Source: Eledone cirrhosa
Lineage: Eukaryota
Length of the DNA stretch: 64,000 nt
Assembly: GCA_964016885.1 (NCBI GenBank)
Contig: OZ024763.1
Span: 17,794,001 to 17,858,000 of the forward strand
Direction: 5' to 3'
Shown here: positions 12,925 through 25,885 of the stretch, in pieces
How the letters are laid out: every line of letters begins with the position of its first letter
Position numbering within the stretch: the first letter of the stretch is position 1
The notes under the pieces: model-generated
What the model saw: the letters and a program-made list of their open reading frames with translations, nothing else
Told to the model about the DNA's origin: nothing
Database searches by the model: none
Program-made: the position numbers and the translations under genes

Positions 12925-13350
12925 CATAAACCATGTCTATAGAATCACCAGATAAAATATATACTATTTCCTCTCCCAATTAGCATAATTGACTATATAA
13001 AAAATCGAATAGACCAGGCTATAAGAATAAGGCTTCTATGAAGAAATCTCCAACAAATAACCGAAACCAGCCCTTCTCGTCGGCCACAACGGAATATTTA
13101 TCGAATATATCGACAGCGTAATCGCCCAGATATACAGTCAATTAAACAGAATTAGGTGTAAAATAAACTAGGAGAAAATAGAATACATTTATTTACCTCT
13201 ACCATGGTTTCGTCCGCACTTTGAGATTTCCAGTAACTTTGGAAACTCGAGCATCGAACTCTTCAGGAGTTTTGCTCTAATCTAGACATTAAATTTTCCA
13301 AAGTGATCGCGCCAAGAATTCATTCAAAAATGGCTAAGAATCGTGACGTA
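12925..13350 (-). mobile_element. Non-coding hammerhead-bearing element, family P1
   Basis: 12925-13210 is the reverse complement of 39257-39553; adjacent to (TA)n. Confidence 0.7.
13196..13270 (-). ncRNA. Type I hammerhead ribozyme motif with extended stem II
   Basis: CUC-CUGAAGA-GUUCG...GAGUUUCCA(AAGUUAC)UGGAAAUCUC...CGGAC-GAAA-CCAUGG-UA-GAG; palindromic stem III ACCAUGGU; GUA cleavage triplet. Confidence 0.75.
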
Positions 13351-13446
13351 GCAGCGGTCAGGTTGGAAGGGATGTGGTAGTTGCTTACGGCTGGTGGCTT
13401 TTTGCTAGAAAGCACAGCACAATACAGCAAAATTTGTATCTCAATT

Positions 13447-13489
<43 letters not shown>

Positions 13490-13494
<5 letters not shown>

Positions 13495-13795
13495 GAAACA
13501 CACAGATACATGCGGACACACACATATACATGAATGCATCCACACCCAACCGTGAGTTAAGGGTGCCAACCTCACCGATGTTGCTCAATGAATGACTGGG
13601 ACAGACCAATCCGGTTGAACCAGACTGAACCAGTATCAGAGTTAAAAATACATTATGTAGAGAGAAGAAACATTTAGATATAATTAGTAATAAAATGTAT
13701 CATACCTAAACTGCTCCTAGATTCCTCGACTACGTAGTTTCGTGGCATAAACAAAAACTATACATCATAAAGATATAGAGTCCCTGCGAGGTCTG
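13490..13795. repeat. Dispersed ~300-bp repeat (second copy from ~63217)
   Basis: High-identity direct match to 63217-63521; both start at a (TA)n tract. Confidence 0.85.
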
Positions 13796-14068
13796 TATAT
13801 ATATATGTATATATATATGTTTATATATATATATGTATATATATCTATGTATATATACACATATGTATGTATATATATATATACACACACACACATATAT
13901 ATATATGTATATATGTATATATATATATATATATACACATATATGTATGAGATATATATATCTATGTATATATACACATATATGTATGTATATATATATA
14001 CACATATATGTATGAGATATATATATCTATGTATATATACACATATATGTATGTATATATATACACAT

Positions 14069-14164
<96 letters not shown>

Positions 14165-14166
<2 letters not shown>

Positions 14167-14512
14167 AGGCATATGGCTTAGTGGTTAGAGCATTGGTCTT
14201 GCAATCGAAAGGTTGTGAGTTCAATTCTCAGACTCGGTGATGTGTTGTTTCCTTGAGCAAGACACTTTATTTCACATTGCTCCAGTTTACTCAGCTGTAG
14301 AAATGAGATGATAGGACTGGGGTCCCTATCATTCCACTGCAAAAGTGGTCGTGGAGGTGCCATGATAAAAAAAGCACCCAGCACTCACTGTAAATGAGGT
14401 TGGTGTTAGGAAGGGCATCCAGCTGTAGAAATCAAGCCAGAATCAGTTCCCGTCCCAGCCTTGCAAGCAGGGAAAAGACGGACGTAAAATGAAATGATGA
14501 TGATGATGATGA
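14165..14512 (+). mobile_element. SINE S1
   Basis: Full-length match to 796-1126; inside (TA)n. Confidence 0.9.
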
Positions 14513-14812
14513 TATATACACATATATGTATATATATATACACTTATGTGTATATATACACATATATGAATATATATATATATACACATATATGTATATA
14601 TATATATACACATATATGTATATATATATATATACACATATATGTATATATATAATACATACATATACCGTTTATTTTGTGATAGAATATAATATGTTTA
14701 GAAATATAATTTATCAGAAAAACTGAATTATTAAATGGTCACTATGGACATATAATTACATTTTTTATTTTGTTTCTTATTTTCTCGTTTGTTAAAATAA
14801 TATTACTTTTAA

Positions 14813-14852
<40 letters not shown>

Positions 14853-14881
14853 ACATATATATATTGTGTTTATGTGTATGG

Positions 14882-14921
<40 letters not shown>

Positions 14922-15679
14922 AGATTCATATATATTATGTGTATGTGTGTGGGTGCGTATATATGTATATATATTGATATATGTATAAGTGTGTGTGTGT
15001 GTGTGTTTGTATGTAAATATACATATACATATAGTGTATATGTAAGTATATATATATATAAATATATATATATACTTATATATATACACATGTATATAAG
15101 TATATATGTGTATATATATTGGTAAACGGAATAGAAAATGCTGACAAATTGTTCACTGAAAAATAGTTTAATTAGGAATAAGTGAGAATTAGTAATAGTA
15201 TTGGTTAGTATTCAGTTTTGGTTTCAAGTTTTACCGGTTGCGCATTTCTAATGCTTTGCAAAAATAATTTTGAGATAGAGCGCCCGTGATGTTTGCTCTA
15301 ATCTGTGTATATATATATATATAGTATGTATATATCTATATATATATATATATATATATACATACATACATATACACTACATATATATATATGTGTGTGT
15401 GTGTATGTATATATATATATATGTAGGCATATATATATATGTAGGTATATGAATTTTTTTCCTTTATGTTACATTCTAATGCCAATATGTTATCAATTAT
15501 ACTGTAGTAGTAGTAGTAGCAGCAGTAGTCTTTGTAACAACACCAGCAAAAGTAGTATTATTTCATCAGTAGCTTCCACTGCATCCCATTTTGTTACCAT
15601 ATTTCCAATGAAAGACGCTGCCTATGATTTTAAAATAATCAAGAATTTAGAGTGATTTAGCTAACTTTCTCTTTGTTAA

Positions 15680-16500
15680 GCTGGTGTTTGGAACATAACT
15701 TAAAGAAGGTTCTTGCGTAAAACCATGATGGAAGGTTTTCAGATAAAAATACTGTAAAGTGGTCATGTAGGTGTCATGATAAAAAGCACCCAGTCCACAC
15801 TCTAAAGTGGTTCTGTAGGAGACACAGTAAAAAGGCTCCCAGTCCACACTGCAAATGTGGTTGGTGTTAGGAAGGGCATCCAGCCGTAGAAAACTGCCAG
15901 AAACAGTTCTATATGAGCGAGACACGGTCACTCAACCAATCTTGCCTCAAGTGGGACAAACCCGTCCAACCCATGCTAGCATGGAAGATGGACTTTAAAT
16001 GATGATGATGATGATAAACACTTTAAACTAGACGTCTTTGTATCATAGAACCACTAGTTGTTTGGTGTCAAAGGTTTCAGCTGGTGTTTGGAACATAACT
16101 TAATGAAGGTTCTTGCGTAAAATTATCATGGAAGGTTTTTAGATAAATATAAACATTTAAAGAATATATGGCTTTCTATCATAGAGCCGCTGGTGTTTGG
16201 AACATAACTTAATGAAGGTTCTTGCTTAAAATTATCATGGAAGGTTTTTAGATAAATATAAACATTTAAAGAATATATGGCTTTCTATCATAGAGCCGCT
16301 GGTGTTTGGAACATAACTTAATGAAGGTTCTTGCATAAAATTATAATGGAAGGTTTTTAGACAAATATAAACATTTAAAGAATATGACTTTGTATCATAA
16401 AACTACTGGCTGTTTGGTGTTAAAAGGTTTCAGCTGGTGTTTGGAACATAACTTAACCAAGGTTACATAAAAATATGACTGAAAGATTTTAGATAAATAT
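15680..16500. repeat. ~109-bp tandem repeat; first unit interrupted by an RTE 3'UTR fragment (~15750-16015 +)
   Basis: CTGGTGTTTGGAACATAACTTAA at 15681, 16081, 16190, 16299, 16434. Confidence 0.8.
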
Positions 16501-16700
16501 AATTATTCAAAAAATATACAATTTTGTATGATAGGTGACTGGGGTTTTGATGTGGTTTGGTGTCAGAAGTGTTAATTAAAGGTAGGAAATATTAGGGTAA
16601 ATCATATCAAGAAGATTTTTAGATTAAAAAATGGGAAGAAAAGAAAGGATCTTACAATAGATGATTATTATCATTATTATCAGGGTTTAAGAGGTTTTAG

Positions 16701-16895
16701 AGGCGGTGGATTGGCAGTATCGGTAGAGAGTCGGATGCCATGCTTTGCAGCATAGAGTTACGGCCCTTTGCGGTCTGAGTTCAAATTTCGCCGAGGTTAA
16801 CTTTGACTTTCATCCTTACGGGGGTCGATAAAATAAAGTACCAGTAATGCACTGGGGGTAATTGCTGGCCTTGTGCCAAAAAGTAGAAACAATTG
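16701..16895 (+). mobile_element. SINE S2
   Basis: A and B boxes; probable TSD TTATCAGGGTTTAA at 16677-16690 and 16896-16909. Confidence 0.85.
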
Positions 16896-17084
16896 TTATC
16901 AGGGTTTAAAATGTGGGTAGACTGTGATGTAAGTCTAAGTTTTGTCTCACCACACCAGTGCTTATCCCGGTGTGAAGTGGTGTGAAGTGACTGAGACTGA
17001 GAGTAAAAACACTCCCCCTGGATAGGAGGCCAGTCCATCACAGAGTTAAAGCTTATCTCAAGACCTGAGGCTCATCAGGTCATG

Positions 17085-17775
17085 GCGTGAACCAACTGAA
17101 AGTACAAGACTCCCCCTGGACAGGAGGCCAGTCCATCACAGGGTTAAAGACCCCAGCTATTGCTGGCACTCATTTTCATCTGAGTATACTGGAGCACCAT
17201 GAAATGAAGTGTTTTGCTCAAGAACACAACACACAACCCAGTCCAGGAATTGAACCCACAACATTATAATCGTAAGTCCAACACCCTTACCACTGAGCCA
17301 TGTGGCTCCACAGAAATATTCTAATGAACAAGTTATCTGGTTAAGTGACGTATGCTGGAGCACCATGAAATGAAGTGTGTTGCTCAAGAACACAACACAA
17401 CCCAATTCAGGAATCAAACCTGTGACATTATTATCATAAGTCCAACACCCTTACCATTGGGGCACTGTGAAATGAAGTGTGTTGCTCAAGAACACAACAC
17501 AACCCAATTCAGGAATCAAACCTGTGACATTATTATCATAAGTCCAACACCCTTACCATTGGGGCACTGTGAAATGAAGTGTGTTGCTCAAGAACACAAC
17601 ACAACCCAATCCAGAAATTGAACCTATGACATTATATCTTTAAGTCCAGCACCCTTACCATTGGAGCAATGTAAAATGAAGTGTTTTGCTCAAGAATTGA
17701 GTGTTTTGTGCAGGAATCAAACCCACCACATTATAACCTTAAGTCCAATGCCCTTACCACTAGGTTATGCCACTC
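17085..17775 (-). mobile_element. Older tRNA/CORE-type SINE with tandemly amplified head (102-bp units)
   Basis: GAAATGAAGTG(T)TTGCTCAAGAACACAACAC at ~17201, 17367, 17469, 17571, 17673; minus strand shows A and B boxes. Confidence 0.75.
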
Positions 17776-18284
17776 TATACTGTGATGAAAGATTTAAGTT
17801 GTAATCCATCGTTGAAATTCTCACAGCCAATATTGTGTGTGTTCCTTTCATCATGAATGATAAACACAGGAAGAAGAAGCAACAAAAAAAATATATCTAA
17901 ATGGATGTTTATGGAAAACTAAGATGTTTTTTTTTAATTTTTTATTTTAGCTCCTTTTAATTTTGAGTTGATTTTTTTAGAATTTATTCATTTGAACATG
18001 GATTTTTAAAAACCCTTTCCTTACTTTTGTTTTTTTTTATTATATTCTATTTTTTTTTTGTGTGTGTTATTTTTAAAAGGAAGAAGAAAAAAAGGGCTGT
18101 TTGGGATTTTTATGTTTTGAATATCAGAGAGTTTATAATCTGTTAAAATAGAAAAGGAAAGAGAAACAAAACAAAAATGAGAGAGAGAGAGAGAGAGAGG
18201 GGAAAAAATTAAATTTTAAAATGTTCTTTCTTAAATTAAATTAGTGTTTACTAGCAGTGAAAATGGATGTTTAATGATAACGGT

Positions 18285-18745
18285 GATGATAGTGGGGATG
18301 ACAGTGGTGGTGGTGGTGGTGGTGGTGGTGGTAATAGTGAGGATGATAGTGGTGGTGGTGGTGGTGGTGATGATAGTGGTGGTGGTGGTGGTGGAGATGA
18401 TGATAGTGGTGGTGGTGGCGGTGGTGGTGGTGATGATAGTGGTGGTGGCGTTGGTGGTGGTGGTGGCGGTGGAGGTGGTGATGATAGTGGTGGTGGTGGG
18501 GATGATGATAGTGGTGATGATAGCGGTGGTGGTGCCGGTGGTGGGGATGATGATAGTGGTGGTGGTGGTGGGGATGATGATAGTGGTGATGATAGCGGTG
18601 GTGGGGATGATGATAGTGGTGGTGGTGGCGGTGGTGGGGATGATGATAGTGGTGGTGGTGCCAGTAGTGGTGGCGGTGGTGGTGGTGATGATAGTGGTGG
18701 TGGTGGTGGCAGTGACGGTGGTGGGGATGATGGTGGTGATGTGGA
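18285..18745. repeat. (GGT)n/(GAT) trinucleotide compound repeat
   Basis: Direct observation. Confidence 0.9.
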
Positions 18746-18872
18746 GGAAGAAGAAAATTAATGTTAAATGATGAAATGATGATGATGATGGTGATGGTGA
18801 TAATGTGGGGATTTCTGGTTGTATTAACTTTTCTGTGTATATATATATATATATATATATAGGTATATATAT

Positions 18873-18924
<52 letters not shown>

Positions 18925-18981
18925 TATATATATATATATATTATATATATATAGGTATATATATAGGTATATATATATATT

Positions 18982-19036
<55 letters not shown>

Positions 19037-19187
19037 TATACACACATATAATACATATATATACACACATATAATACATATATATATATATACACACATA
19101 TAATACATATATATATATATACACACACACATATAATACATATATATATACACACACACATATAATACATATATATAAACACATATA

Positions 19188-19225
<38 letters not shown>

Positions 19226-19236
19226 ACATATAATAC

Positions 19237-19313
<77 letters not shown>

Positions 19314-19317
19314 ATAC

Positions 19318-19349
<32 letters not shown>

Positions 19350-19620
19350 GTATATATTATCTGAATTTCAAGCGTTTAAAATATATTTTGTTTGCATTCG
19401 TAAATTACCTTTTTTCCTTATTAATAAACTATGACAATAGCATTTAAAATTTTCAGGAAATAAGACATATGCCATGTGTATCCTGGGTTTTAGAATACAT
19501 ACACTGTATGATCGCCTGAAAGTAACCAGGCTGTGATAACTGTGATGATGTGAGACCTTTCTCTTGACCCTTCAGCATACTGGGTTTGTTTTATGAATTA
19601 CTTCCCTTGACACTGTTTAA

Positions 19621-19845
19621 AGCTTTAGCATTCAAACCAGCTGTATCCGGCCAGAATTCTCTCACCTCTTTCTGTTCAAACCGGCTGTAAATGGCTACTC
19701 ATACTTCTGTTAAGGTATTATTATTCTCAAAATAGATATCATCGAAATCTCATAGATTGATATTATGTAAGATAATTATGTGAGATAAAGTGTTTACCAT
19801 GAAAATACAATAGTATATATATAGAGTAATGTAAATGGTAAAGGA
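19621..19845. mobile_element. piggyBac-like MITE M1 (degenerate ends)
   Basis: TTAA on both sides; matches 19928-20138. Confidence 0.75.
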
Positions 19846-19927
19846 TTAATGTATTAAAGGGGAAATTACTCTATTGTCACCAACAGCGTGTTGAAGGTTA
19901 AACTGGAATCATCTTGACACTGTTTAA

Positions 19928-20138
19928 CCCTTTAGCATTAAAACCAGCTGTATCCGGCCAGAATTCTCTCACCTCTTTCTGTTCAAACCGGCTGTAAGTG
20001 GCTACTCATACTTCTGTTAAGGTATTATTATTCTCAAAATAGATATCATCAAAATCTCATAGATTCAATATTATGTGAGATAAAGTGTTTACCATGAAAA
20101 TACAATAGTATATATAGAGTAATGTAAATGGTAAAGGG
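19928..20138. mobile_element. piggyBac-like MITE M1
   Basis: TTAA|CCCTTTAGCATT...AATGGTAAAGGG|TTAA. Confidence 0.85.
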
Positions 20139-20409
20139 TTAATGTATTAAGGGGAAATTACTCTATTGTTGCCAACAGCGTGCTGAGGGTTAAACTGGAA
20201 TCATCTGGATATATTTGTGAAAGACATGGCCTCTCCTGTGAACTCAGTGGAACGTGAGACTGTATATAAGTGAGATACAGATCCCTGGCCTGTCTAAGAG
20301 ATAAGTGGCTCTGCTTCTATATTGACTTGGTCAATATAGACCCATCCAACCCATGTTAACAGGGAAACAAAGACAAGGGGGATGATTACATTATATATAT
20401 ATAGAGAGA

Positions 20410-20748
20410 TGACACACGACCAGGATCTCTGGCGATATACGGTAACACAGAAGACCCAACTTAGCACAAGCTGAAGCATATGTACAGTATCCTCCACCCC
20501 CAACACCCCCCAACTCTCCCCCCCCCCAGTAAAGTGGATGTGTAAAGGACAGTGTTAAAAGTACCCAGCCCACTCTGTCAATGTGGTTGCCATTAGGAAG
20601 GGCATACAGCTGTAGAAAACCAGTCAGAAACACCCCTATTTGAGTGAGACACGATCACCCAACACAACTTGCCTCAAAATAGGACCCGTCTAACCCATGC
20701 TAGCGTGGAAGATGGACGTTAATCGATGATGATGATGATGATGATGAT
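20410..20748 (+). mobile_element. RTE LINE 3' end fragment
   Basis: ORF tail (DLWRYTV), AGGAAGGGCAT motif, CCCATGCTAGCGTGGAAGATGGACGTTAA plus (GAT)n. Confidence 0.75.
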
Positions 20749-21129
20749 ATATATGGTGATAAGAAGGGCATCCAGCCACAGAAAATTTTGCCAAACAAAG
20801 GGTTAGGAAGGGCCCCTCAGTTGTGTCAAAGACATGACAACCTCTCTCATGCACTCAGTGGAATGTGGTACTACATAAGCAAGACTCACATCCCTGATCT
20901 GTCTGGGAGATCAGTAGCTTCGCTTCAGTACTGACATGAACTCTATAGACCTGTCCAACCCTTGCTAGCAAGGGAAGTGGACATTAAGGTTATGGTAATG
21001 ATGATGATGAATTTTGCTGTGTTTATCCTGTTTTGTTTTTTAAATAAGCTCACTGTATCCCTGCATGCTGTAAAGTCTAAAGTCTGCCACGAGTCTAGAG
21101 GCTTCTCATTGTCATAATTGGAGAATCTA

Positions 21130-22348
21130 TGAGGATCGACTGCAAAGTTCATAGTCTGACCAAGATACTCTCATGGAATGACCAAATGAGGTTTATTTTT
21201 CAACATAGTCCCTGGAAATAAACAATCCAGTTATTAATTAGAAGAGTTGAAATTAATGCCTGCAAGATTTCACAGCTCTGCCATCACTCCTTCGTAGGCT
21301 GACCAAGATTCAACAGCTCTAGCATCACTCCTTCATAGGCTGACCAAGATTCAACAGCTCTAGCATCATTCCTTCATAGGCTGGCCAAGATTCAACAGCT
21401 CTAGCATCATTCCTTCATAGGCTGGCCAAGATTCAACAGCTCTAGCATCACTCCTTCATAGGCTGACCAAGATTCAACAGCTCTAGCATCATTCCTTCAT
21501 AGGCTGGCCAAGATTCAACAGCTCTAGCATCACTCCTTCATAGGCTGTCCAAGATTCAACAGCTCTAGCATCACTCCTTCATAGGCTGGCCAAGATTCAA
21601 CAGCTCTAGCATCACTCCTTCATAGGCTGTCCAAGATTCAACAGCTCTAGCATCACTCCTTCATAGGCTGGCCAAGATTTCACAGCTCTAGCATCACTCC
21701 TTCATAGGCTGACCAAGATTCAACAGCTCTAGCATCACTCCTTCATAGGCTGACCAAGATTCAACAGCTCTAGCATCACTCCTTCATAAGCTGACCAAGA
21801 TTTCACAGCTCTAGCATCACTCCTTCATAGACTGACCAAGATTCAACAGCTCTAGCATCACTCCTTCATAGGCTGACCAAGATTCAACAGCTCTAGCATC
21901 ACTCCTTCATAGGCTGACCAAGATTCAACAGCTCTAGCATCACTCCTTCATAGGCTGACCAAGATTCAACAGCTCTAGCATCACTCCTTCATAGGCTGAC
22001 CAAGATTCAACAGCTCTAGCATCACTCCTTCATAGGCTGACCAAGATTCAACAGCTCTAGCATCACTCCTTCATAGGCTGACCAAGATTCAACAGCTCTA
22101 GCATCACTCCTTCATAGGCTGACCAAGATTCAACAGCTCTAGCATCACTCCTTCATAGGCTGACCAAGATTCAACAGCTCTAGCATCACTCCTTCATAGG
22201 CTGACCAAGATACTCTCATGGAATGACCAAATGAGGTTTATTTTTCAGCATAGTCCCTGGAAAGAGATAATATAGTTATTAATAAGAAGAGTTGAAAATT
22301 AATGCCTGCAAGATTTCACAGCTCTATGAACTTTTCAGCCAACCCTCA
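21130..22348. mobile_element. Mariner/Tc1-like MITE with duplicated body and internal satellite
   Basis: TA|TGAGGATCGACTGCAAAGTTCATAG ... CTATGAACTTTTCAGCCAACCCTCA|TA imperfect TIRs; body repeated at ~21156-21279 and 22201-22325. Confidence 0.7.
21264..22210. repeat. 41-bp minisatellite, ~23 copies
   Basis: Unit CAAGATTCAACAGCTCTAGCATCACTCCTTCATAGGCTGAC. Confidence 0.95.
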
Positions 22349-23198
22349 TATTTATGAAGTTTTAATATTTTGATATGTAAAATGTTTTAAGTGTTGTTTA
22401 AAGCAGTAGTTCCCAAATTTGGGTTCCACAAAGGAGTGTCTGGGTTTCCATGAAAAAAATGTAGAGGAGTATATTTATATTATAACCATATAACAGTATT
22501 AGACTTTGGGGCTCCCCCAAAAGCTGCTGAACTAAAAAGGCTTGAGAAACCATTTTAGAGTATAGTTTTGGGGGTGTTTTTTTCACAACTCCATTATGTA
22601 ATGATTTCTTTACCATTTCATGCATTTTATAAAGCTTCAACAAGTTTCTTTACTTTCTATATATATATATTCCCTGCTACTCAGGGGAGATTCAAACTGT
22701 GTGCAAGGGAGATGCGAGGGGGCATAATGAATAGGGATTAGTTGAAAAAAAAAGAGATTGACTTAGAAAACATTGTATAATGATTCAGAGTAGAAGAGGA
22801 GAGAGGAGAGGCAGAGTGAGTGAAAGAGAGGACGAGAGAGAGGAGAGGCAGAGTGAGTGAAAGAGAGGACGAGAACAAGAGAAATAAAATACAAGACAGA
22901 AGTAAGATTGAAAGAAAAAGTATGGTTAAGTCACAGAGAAAAACAGTCGGTGATTGTGTGCATGTGTATGTATATGTAGGGGATATTTATGTATTAAAAA
23001 GTTCAAATTATAAACATTTGTTGGAAATATTCACAAGGCAAAACATAAATAACACTCATGACGATGTAGTAAATGTAGAAAAACAATGTTTCATTGTAAA
23101 ATAATCATTCTTGATGTTTTAGCACCTTATTTACATACATAGAATATCTGTAAAATATTGACCTCGACTATAAGCAAACCCCTTTTGTGTGTGCTGGC

Positions 23199-23401
23199 TT
23201 ATATTCGAGTATATACAGTAAATGTCCTGTACTGAGACCAAGAGACAATATTGTCCTGGGGTTTCTTCTTCTTCATCCTCTTTCTCCTCCTGTCTTCTTC
23301 TTCACCTTCACCTTCTCTTCTTCTTCCAATTATTACTGAGCTGGTCGGGGGAGGGGACCTAGTCGTCAACCCCACCTTCTTGAGGGTCTTATCAAAAACA
23401 A
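23199..23401 (-). CDS. Possible terminal coding exon (unknown protein)
   Basis: T-rich acceptor ..TTTTTTTTTTAAGCAATGCAG; open frame VFDKTLKKVGLTTRSPPP..KKKKPQDNIVSWSQYRTFTVYTRI*; no homology recognised. Confidence 0.25.
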
Positions 23402-23445
23402 CTGCATTGCTTAAAAAAAAAACGTTAACATAAAATAAAAATAAG

Positions 23446-23722
23446 CCCTTTAGCATTTAAACCGGCTATATCCGGCCAGATTTCTCTCACCTCTTTCTGT
23501 TCAAACCAGTTGCAACTGGTCACTCATACTGATGTTAAGGTATTGTTCTCAAAATAAATATCAAAATCTCATAGATTTGATATTATGTGAGGTAAATCCT
23601 TTACGATAAAAATACAATAGTATATATAGAGTAATGTAAATGTTATGTGAGATATTATGTCAGGTAAAGCCTTTACCATGAAAATATAATAGTATATATA
23701 GAGTAATGTGAATGCTAAAGGG
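23446..23722. mobile_element. piggyBac-like MITE M1 with the 72-bp internal unit duplicated
   Basis: CCCTTTAGCATT...AATGCTAAAGGG|TTAA; two tandem TATTATGT..GTAATGT units. Confidence 0.85.
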
Positions 23723-24663
23723 TTAAATAATAAATAAATAAGTAAGCGCCCTGCTAAAAACAACATTAAAATAAATGCTGACAAATTACAACTATTTCCT
23801 TTTTTTACTTTTAATAAACTAGGATTTTATCTACACAAGGGCGTGTTTGTATATATATGTGTGTGTGTGTGCGTATACATTTACATGTATGAGTGTATAA
23901 ATATAAACGTGCAAACACAGACACTCTTACAAAAATACACAAACACACACATACATTTACACAAATACACACACACATACATTTACACAAATACACACAC
24001 ATACATTCACACAAATACACACACACATACATTTACACAAACACACACACATACATTCACACAAATACACACACACATACATTTACACAAACACATACAC
24101 ATTTACACAAACACATGCACATACATTTATACAAACACACACATACATTCACACAAATACATACAAACACATATACATTCACACAAACACACCCACATTT
24201 ACACAATCACACACATACATTCACACACAGCGTAGCAAATGGAACGCCAGCCAATGTTTTGCTATAGTTTTTTCACCATCTCCTTCCTTCCTTTTACACA
24301 GACATACATTCACACACACACACACACATACACACACACACACACGCAAACACACATTGCTTGACGGACAGATGTTTTACGATAGTTTTTTTCAGCAGCC
24401 CCTTCCTTTGTTTTTCACACACATATATTTATACACACACTGCGTGAAGGACAGATGTTTTGCTATAGTTTTTTCTCCATCCCCTTCCTTCATTTTACAC
24501 ACACAAACACACACATACACACACACTGCGTGACGGACGGACGGAAGTCGCTCAAATTTAAATATAGATTTGATCAGCATTAACAAAGCGAACATAAACC
24601 ACCAAATAAATTAGTAGAATTATCTGCAGCCATCCAGTCTTGCTTGCTTCTTTCTTTTTACAG

Positions 24664-24855
24664 GTCTTGTTGAAAACATCCGTCTAGCTGATATGAATAA
24701 CTGGTCTTTAAGTCCTGAACAGTTTGCTGACTTAGCATCTTCTTTAAATAGCTTCTTCAGCCAAACTGGGCTGTCGTCTCCTTGTCTAAGTGAAGTAGGG
24801 TCTCAACCAATGACGTCCATCCAGTATGACGACAGCCACCAAACTCCGGGTCCAG
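24664..24855 (+). CDS. Candidate internal coding exon of an unidentified host gene (192 nt, phase 1-1)
   Basis: Acceptor TTGCTTCTTTCTTTTTACAG|, donor CAG|GTAAG; open frame [63 protein letters not shown]; unique sequence. Confidence 0.65.
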
Positions 24856-25265
24856 GTAAGGCTTGCTGGATCAGTTGTTATTCACCTTAGTTTCTCCTCC
24901 GTCTTTTCACGCTGTTTAAGATGGGAATATTTAATTCAAATGCTTTTCTTTTAGTCTTATAACATTCAAAACTACACTAACTTAACTTTACTTTACTTTA
25001 CTTTACTTAACTATTACTAACAAATGCATCTTTTAGTAAAATAAACCGTAGTTATCTAGAAATCTTGTTTTTTTTTTTTTATTATGTTGCTTCTCCCCTT
25101 CACACATTTTAAAACCATTCTCCTCCTCCTCCTTTTCCTTCTTCTCCTCGTCCTTCTTTGTCACATTCTTCTTCTTTTCCTTCTCCACATTCTTCTCCTT
25201 CATCATCATCTTCTTCTTTTCCCGCTTATTCCTGAGAGGACTGTGTGTGTGTGGGGGGGGGGGGG

Positions 25266-25485
25266 GGCAGAGTCCACAAACACTCCTTCCAGCGGGTCCT
25301 GTCAGAAGAATCACCCGTCTCCAATTGATCTGGTGGGGTTCCCAAGCGTGACCAGCCAAGCTCATGGATGTTATCCAACCATCTTAGCTCGGAGTCCAGC
25401 CCTGGGTCTCCTGTCGGTTGGCTTTGCCCAGTAAAATCTGTCCAGTGATGCTTTCCTGAGACATTCTAACCATGCGTGTGTTATT
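25266..25485 (-). mobile_element. Decayed RTE-type LINE 3' coding end
   Basis: Frameshifted translation resembles ..VRMSQE..RWLDNIHELGWSRLG..DRTRWKECL, an RTE-like C-terminus. Confidence 0.5.
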
Positions 25486-25677
25486 GCATTGTTTTCTTAA
25501 AATTCGAAATATTTTTTTAGGGGGGAAAAACATCTTCAACAGCAAACTTCAACTGATTTCATATTGAAAAAATAGTTGATCACTTATTAATAATAGTCTT
25601 AAAAATTTGGTAAAGTTCCCTTAGAGACGGAAAATGGTGGATGTAGGCACTTCAGACCTTTTGTTTTCCATCTTTAA

Positions 25678-25881
25678 CACTTTAGTATTTAAAATGACCA
25701 TAAGTGGCCAAGAATTCTCCCCCTACTTTCTGTTCAAACTTCCCGTAACTAGCCACTCATACTGACATTAAGGTATTGTTCTCAAAATAAATAATATTAA
25801 AATCTCATAGATTCGATATTATATGAGATAAAGCCCATGAAAATACATTAGTGTATATAGAGTAATGGAAATGCTAAAGGG
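25678..25881. mobile_element. piggyBac-like MITE M1 (diverged)
   Basis: TTAA flanks; 3' AATGCTAAAGGG; aligns with the other M1 copies. Confidence 0.8.
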
Positions 25882-25885
25882 TTAA

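Larger units (their letters stand above)
19568..20189. mobile_element. Outer piggyBac-like MITE holding two copies of an inner MITE (partial tandem duplication)
   Basis: Termini CCCTTCAGCATACTG / CAGCGTGCTGAGGG-TTAA; related empty-site sequence at ~26040-26120. Confidence 0.5.

Noticed and set aside
14165-14240. tRNA gene (TGC at the anticodon position)
   Set aside because: No proper acceptor stem; always continues into the SINE body in all five copies.
18267-18761. Gly/Asp-rich or poly-His protein
   Set aside because: Trinucleotide repeat open in several frames; no convincing splice sites.
21264-22210. CRISPR-like regular array (also 26601-27976 and 49127-49540)
   Set aside because: Units are contiguous with no unique spacers, there are no cas genes, and the context is eukaryotic.
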